64,000 bases of DNA from Ignavibacteriota bacterium (GTDB lineage: Bacteria > Bacteroidota > Ignavibacteria > UBA10030): the NCBI GenBank assembly GCA_963727825.1, contig CAVSHO010000010.1, forward strand, positions 1 to 64,000, in the 5' to 3' direction. Positions within the stretch are counted from its first letter, which is position 1, and each line of letters begins with the position of its first letter. Shown here in pieces: positions 59,202 through 64,000 of the stretch. A model generated the notes under the pieces. That model ran no database searches, was not told where the DNA came from, and saw only the letters and a program-made list of their open reading frames with translations. The position numbers and the translations under genes were made by a program.

Positions 59202-59314
59202 CAGTACAGAACAAGTGATTCATAAAACAGCCTGCAATGGTGCGATACACTTCAACCCTTTACGGGCTGTTTGTCTAATCATCCTCATTAAAATGAATAT
59301 ATATTGATAGAACA

Positions 59315-62300
59315 ATGAGATTAATAAAAGGCTTCATGATAAAGACTTTCTGGATTCTACTTCTCCTTTTCACTTATTCCATATATCAGAAATCCCTTGC
59401 TCTTTCAACAGACAAACCACCACTCAAGAAAATTCTCATAGTTGTGCAAGGCACATCAAGTTTGAAGAACTACGCAATAGGAGATGGTCGCCAACTTGCT
59501 GAATTAATGGGACACTTTAATACATCAGTAATAATTACGGGTGATAAAGAGTATAAATTCGGTGAGCTAAATAATTTTGATTATACATTTTATATCGGTT
59601 CTGAAATTCACAATGAGGTACCGACGAAATTTCTTTTAGATGTTTATAACACAAACAAACCGGTTATCTGGCTGAACACCGGTATGGTAGAATTCTGCCA
59701 GCGATACGATATGAAAAAGAGATTCGGTTTCACTGTAAGTGGAATTGATTCCATCACAAAATTCGATCAAGTAACGGCAAATGGTACGGTCTTCACAAAG
59801 GGCGAACCTCGCCTCGGCATGATTCATGTCAGCCACCCAAACATTTCAAAGGTTATTGCTAAAGCGTATTCAACCGCCAAGCAGAAAGAATCACCATACG
59901 CCATCTCTGCAAAAAACCTTATATACTTTGCTGATTCGCCTTTCGCATATGCTATTCCCGGTGATCATTATAATTATTTTGCTGATTTTCTGCACGACAT
60001 TCTTCATGAAAACCATGAAACCTCGCATCGTGCTTTTATTCGCATCGAGGATATATCGGTATTTGATAATCCTGACAACCTTCGCGAGATTGCAGACATT
60101 CTTTCAAGCCGCGGCATACCGTTTATGGTTGGAGTGATTCCATTTTTCGTCGATCCAGGTGAAGGCACACGTTTAAGCCTGTCAGATAAACCGGAACTCG
60201 TTGATGCTCTGAAGTATATGGTACATAACGGCGGAACCATAGTGATGCACGGTGTCACTCATCAATACAAAGGTGTAACAGCTGTAGATTACGAATTCTG
60301 GGATGACAATACAAGCGGACCCATAAAAGGCGAAACAGAAGATGGCGATGCCCGTAAAATTGAAATGGGGATTCAAGAATTTATGAAGAATGGGCTCTAT
60401 CCTCTCGTTTGGGAAACGCCTCATTATACCGCTTCTTTCATTTTATATAAAACAATTGCAAAATATTTTAGTACAGCTTGCGAACAACGACTTTCTATGG
60501 AAGACGCCGACTACAGCCAGTACTTCCCTTACATAATTAATAAGGATTTGTTTGGACAAAAGATCTACCCTGAAAATCTTGGTTATGTTCCCCTAAATCC
60601 GGACAAAGAAGCAAGCCGCGCCTCCGTCGATTTAATTTTAAAGTATGCCAAAGCACAATTATATATTCGCGATGGCGTTGTTGGTGCATTCTTTCACGAA
60701 TTCCTTGATCTTGATCTTTTAAAACAACTTGCCGATGGATTTGAAGAACTTGGATACACTTTTCTTGATATGCGAGAAGAAACAAATTGGGTCAAATCGA
60801 AGGATCATGTAATCCTTTCCGGCACACAAGATTATTCTATTACTCTGCAAGATCAATATTTATCGGAAGCATATTTTGACAAAACAGGAGAAGTGCGAGA
60901 TCGAAAAATTTCTGAGAAGCGCCTCCTTGGGAATATTACGAAGCACATAACTTTAGAGCCAGACGAGTTCTATAAAGCTGAACCGATAGAATTCCGTGAA
61001 CGCGAACAGACATTCCTCGAGAAAGCCGTCTCTAAAGCAGACCGTGTTTATGACAACATTTTTACAAAGGAAGAAGATTGGAAGCCGGCCCGTGTAATGC
61101 TGCTATGGAATCACTTCGCACGCGGTGCATTTTTCAATGATCAAGCATCGTTTGCATCAGCATTTCGAAGTGTCAACATAATGATCGACACTGTATTTCT
61201 TGGACAACCTCTGCATTTAGGTCAACACAACCTTCTTATTGTTCCTGTATCAATCGTAGATTCACTTACGGATGAAGATTATTCTACTATAACAAACTAT
61301 GTGGCATCGGGCGGGAATATTGTTCTTGATACTAAGACCGACCTTGCGAAAGATTTTGGAATTGAATATGCCAGTACACGTATCAATGTACGCCGCGTCC
61401 GGGACAATTTGTTCCCCGAAGAACAAATCGTTTGGCGGTACGCTGAACTTGTGAATAAATTTGACTCCGACAATCTTGATAAGGTATTCTGTGCCGATGA
61501 AGTAACCGAGACGCCGATGGTTATAGGCAAACATTACGGTAAGGGAAAAATTCTTTATATCAACTCGCGTTTCGATCCATATTCACAGCAAGGATATTCT
61601 CAATATCCGTTCTTCATTGATTATATCCGCCGATTCTTTCAACTGCGTCCGATTGTTAGGCGTGAACAGGTCGAAGTTTATTTCGAGCCTGGATATCGAG
61701 CTCTCTATAGTATCGAGACCCTCATCAAGTCGTGGGTCTCAAACGGCATCCGCATCGTGCATATCGGGGGATGGCAACAATATCCAAAATACACATATGA
61801 TTATGCTCGTTTGATCCGTCTTGCGCATGCGAATGGCATTCTTGTTTACGCATGGTTAGAGCCACCGCAAATAAGTCAAATGTTTTGGACTAATCATCCG
61901 GAGTGGCGGGAAAAAAATGTAAATGGTGATGACGCAAAACCATCTTGGCGATATCCTATTGCATTGACAGATACGCTCTGCATCAAAGAGATGACAAAAG
62001 AGTTCCGCACATTTCTTGAATCATACGATTGGGACGGAGTTAATCTTGCAGAATTGTATTTTGAATCAGGCAAAGGATTTGAACAACCAGCGCTTTTTAC
62101 TCCCGGCCATCCGTCTGCAAAGCTTGAATTGAAACGAAAGTTTGGTATCGATCTGAAAGCTGCGTTTGATTCGCTTTCTCCATCATTTTGGAAAACTAAT
62201 GCGGCTGTGAAGAATACAATTATCAACTATCGCGTGCAAAAAATTAGAAATGTTTACGAGATATTGCTCAATGCATTTAGCGACCTGGCAAAGACAAAAC

Positions 62301-63289
62301 CAGGATTCCAAATCATTGTCACGGCTTTCGACAGCTTTGGCTCGCCGGAACTTCGCGAACAATTCGGAGTTGATATGCACAGCGTTCTCGACCTTCAAAA
62401 GCAATATGGATTTACATTGCAAGTTGAGGATCCACAATCGAAATGGTCGCTTGATCCGCGTCGCTATACAGATATGGGAAAGCAGTACAGTAAACTGATT
62501 GATTCCTCCAAACTAATGTTAGATTTGAACATCCTTAACTTCCGCAATAAGGATGCAATCATTCCATTCCCGACACTTATTCAAACTGGAACTGAAAGCT
62601 TCCAGCTCATTCGCTCTGCTTCACTTGGCGCTCCACGTTTTACAATTTATTCTGAGTCAAGTGTCAATCCTCAAGATTTAAGTCTCTTTGCAAACGCACT
62701 CGCAAGCGACGTTCATTATCGTTTCACCGAATCGGGAATAAGTGTACAAACACCATCTTCATTCGTGCTGCGTCTTCCAAAAGAAATAACTGAAATCACA
62801 TTGGATGGAACCCCGCTGCCGCCTTTTCGAGATAATCGATACGTGATTCCGGCAGGCGAGCATTCGATTATATTGGCACCGCAGACTAAAAGCAACTTCT
62901 CTACACATGAGCTCCAGACACGCATCATGTCTGCAACCGGAGAAATCAAGTCTTTGAGTTACGGTTTGCGGGATGTTAATCTGGATTACGTTTCCGATGC
63001 GCGCATGCTGATTTCCTTGAGCAACTTGCCTACATCTGTAACAGTCGATGGCTCTCCAGTGGATTTCACAGCGATGAAAGGAAACGATTGCTTCAGTATC
63101 TTCCTTCCTTCTGGCAGCCATAGAGCAAACATTATTGCAGGTGATCGGTTTGCATACGGAATTAATTATACTAGTTTTTGGTCAACAACAGCAATTGCGG
63201 TGTTCAGTGCGCTTGCGATATCATTGCTTCTATTAATGTATTTGTATCTGAAATTTGTCAGGCGTAATTCAAAAAATCGAGAGGTGTAA
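59315..63289 (+). CDS. Large DUF2334 (YdaL-like) polysaccharide deacetylase fused to a glycoside-hydrolase-like domain, with a C-terminal TM anchor
   Basis: Signal peptide; RIEDI, MHGVTHQ, WETPHY and FFHEF deacetylase motifs; AHANGILVYAW and WDGVNLAE TIM-barrel motifs; TM helix plus basic tail. Confidence 0.85.
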   Translation: MRLIKGFMIKTFWILLLLFTYSIYQKSLALSTDKPPLKKILIVVQGTSSLKNYAIGDGRQLAELMGHFNTSVIITGDKEYKFGELNNFDYTFYIGSEIHNEVPTKFLLDVYNTNKPVIWLNTGMVEFCQRYDMKKRFGFTVSGIDSITKFDQVTANGTVFTKGEPRLGMIHVSHPNISKVIAKAYSTAKQKESPYAISAKNLIYFADSPFAYAIPGDHYNYFADFLHDILHENHETSHRAFIRIEDISVFDNPDNLREIADILSSRGIPFMVGVIPFFVDPGEGTRLSLSDKPELVDALKYMVHNGGTIVMHGVTHQYKGVTAVDYEFWDDNTSGPIKGETEDGDARKIEMGIQEFMKNGLYPLVWETPHYTASFILYKTIAKYFSTACEQRLSMEDADYSQYFPYIINKDLFGQKIYPENLGYVPLNPDKEASRASVDLILKYAKAQLYIRDGVVGAFFHEFLDLDLLKQLADGFEELGYTFLDMREETNWVKSKDHVILSGTQDYSITLQDQYLSEAYFDKTGEVRDRKISEKRLLGNITKHITLEPDEFYKAEPIEFREREQTFLEKAVSKADRVYDNIFTKEEDWKPARVMLLWNHFARGAFFNDQASFASAFRSVNIMIDTVFLGQPLHLGQHNLLIVPVSIVDSLTDEDYSTITNYVASGGNIVLDTKTDLAKDFGIEYASTRINVRRVRDNLFPEEQIVWRYAELVNKFDSDNLDKVFCADEVTETPMVIGKHYGKGKILYINSRFDPYSQQGYSQYPFFIDYIRRFFQLRPIVRREQVEVYFEPGYRALYSIETLIKSWVSNGIRIVHIGGWQQYPKYTYDYARLIRLAHANGILVYAWLEPPQISQMFWTNHPEWREKNVNGDDAKPSWRYPIALTDTLCIKEMTKEFRTFLESYDWDGVNLAELYFESGKGFEQPALFTPGHPSAKLELKRKFGIDLKAAFDSLSPSFWKTNAAVKNTIINYRVQKIRNVYEILLNAFSDLAKTKPGFQIIVTAFDSFGSPELREQFGVDMHSVLDLQKQYGFTLQVEDPQSKWSLDPRRYTDMGKQYSKLIDSSKLMLDLNILNFRNKDAIIPFPTLIQTGTESFQLIRSASLGAPRFTIYSESSVNPQDLSLFANALASDVHYRFTESGISVQTPSSFVLRLPKEITEITLDGTPLPPFRDNRYVIPAGEHSIILAPQTKSNFSTHELQTRIMSATGEIKSLSYGLRDVNLDYVSDARMLISLSNLPTSVTVDGSPVDFTAMKGNDCFSIFLPSGSHRANIIAGDRFAYGINYTSFWSTTAIAVFSALAISLLLLMYLYLKFVRRNSKNREV

Positions 63290-63295
63290 TATTTC

Positions 63296-64000
63296 ATGAC
63301 AGTTCTTGAAGTTGATCTTAGTTTTCTTTTTGTTATTGCGGTTATTCTAATCTGGTTCACAATCGCTTACCAGTTCATACTGACAGTGTTTGGTTATATT
63401 AATTGCGTTCATTCACTGCGCGAGAAACGCGATGCGGATAAACGTTCGTTTGACTATCCCTCTTGTTCGATTTTGATTCCGGCGCATAACGAAGAAAAGG
63501 TGATCGGCGCTACCATTGAATCAATGCTTCGACTTGAATATCCAAAAGACAAGCTTCAGATCATCGTTATTAATGATGGATCAGAGGATAATACGAAAAA
63601 TATTATAACTCATTATGCATCATTAGATTCACGCGTACAATTATTTGATATACCAAAAGGCGAAGGCGGCAAAGGGAAATCCCGAACGCTTAACCTTGGT
63701 ATTAAACAAGCCAAGGGCGATGTAATCGCTATCTTCGATGCTGACAACACACCGGATAAAGATTCACTTCGGTATCTTGTTGCACAATTGTTAGACAACA
63801 AAGAGTTAGGAGCTGTAATTGGGAAGTTCCGCACGGTAAACAAGAAAGCCACGCTTCTTACGCGCTTCATCAACATCGAGACACTCAGCTTCCAATTGAT
63901 GCTGCAAGCGGGCAGGTGGCAGATGCATGGCATTTCAACTTTACCGGGAACAAACTATGTAATGTGGAGCCATCTGATACAAAAATTAGGCGGCTGGGAT
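63296..64000 (+). CDS. GT2 processive glycosyltransferase (YdaM/IcaA/PgaC-like), partial
   Basis: Not in the ORF track; translated by hand from ATG 63296. N-terminal TM, LIPAHNEE, INDGSED, GKSRTLN, FDAD, TRFINIET, PGTN and LGGWD. Confidence 0.92.
   Translation, partial: MTVLEVDLSFLFVIAVILIWFTIAYQFILTVFGYINCVHSLREKRDADKRSFDYPSCSILIPAHNEEKVIGATIESMLRLEYPKDKLQIIVINDGSEDNTKNIITHYASLDSRVQLFDIPKGEGGKGKSRTLNLGIKQAKGDVIAIFDADNTPDKDSLRYLVAQLLDNKELGAVIGKFRTVNKKATLLTRFINIETLSFQLMLQAGRWQMHGISTLPGTNYVMWSHLIQKLGGWD

Noticed and set aside
332-63933. Numerous 60-150 aa ORFs in the track that are antisense to or nested within long genes (e.g. 445-768, 22165-22608, 31607-32005, 63613-63933)
   Set aside because: They are shadow ORFs of well-supported genes and show no motifs or SD support.
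1-64000. CRISPR arrays, tRNA/rRNA genes, IS elements, prophage
   Set aside because: I saw no regularly spaced repeats, cloverleaf or rRNA-like tracts, transposase or phage genes. Intergenic gaps are short. This was a by-eye check only.

Overview
A 64 kb stretch of ordinary bacterial chromosome, roughly 40% GC by eye and mostly coded on the minus strand. The gene content points to the FCB group, most likely an Ignavibacteria-like organism (inference from DUF2795, DUF4835, a PorV/FadL-like barrel, an HhH-barrel protein and hprK-hpf). Most genes are housekeeping: tatD, menG, menA, metG, holB, a BamA/TamA-family gene, hprK, hpf, xerC, topA, smg, ybeY, an S41 protease, lysS, rluB, scpAB, trpS, aroC, degP, recO, mtnA, comEC, dtd and prmC. 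I saw no tRNA, rRNA, CRISPR array, transposase or prophage. The best leads are: (1) the start of a YdaL/YdaM-like exopolysaccharide locus, whose first gene is a 1324-aa membrane-anchored deacetylase plus glycoside-hydrolase-like fusion behind a structured leader; (2) a decayed integron-cassette-like array at 7.8-9.6 kb next to an eroded TIR-like protein; (3) four single-base-excess frameshifts confined to three accessory genes; (4) a GC-rich foreign patch at 42.7-44.1 kb; (5) an orphan HARE-HTH-like protein with a basic tail; (6) an amidohydrolase missing two canonical active-site residues. All family calls come from motif recognition by eye, not database searches. I cannot confirm a new system from this window alone.
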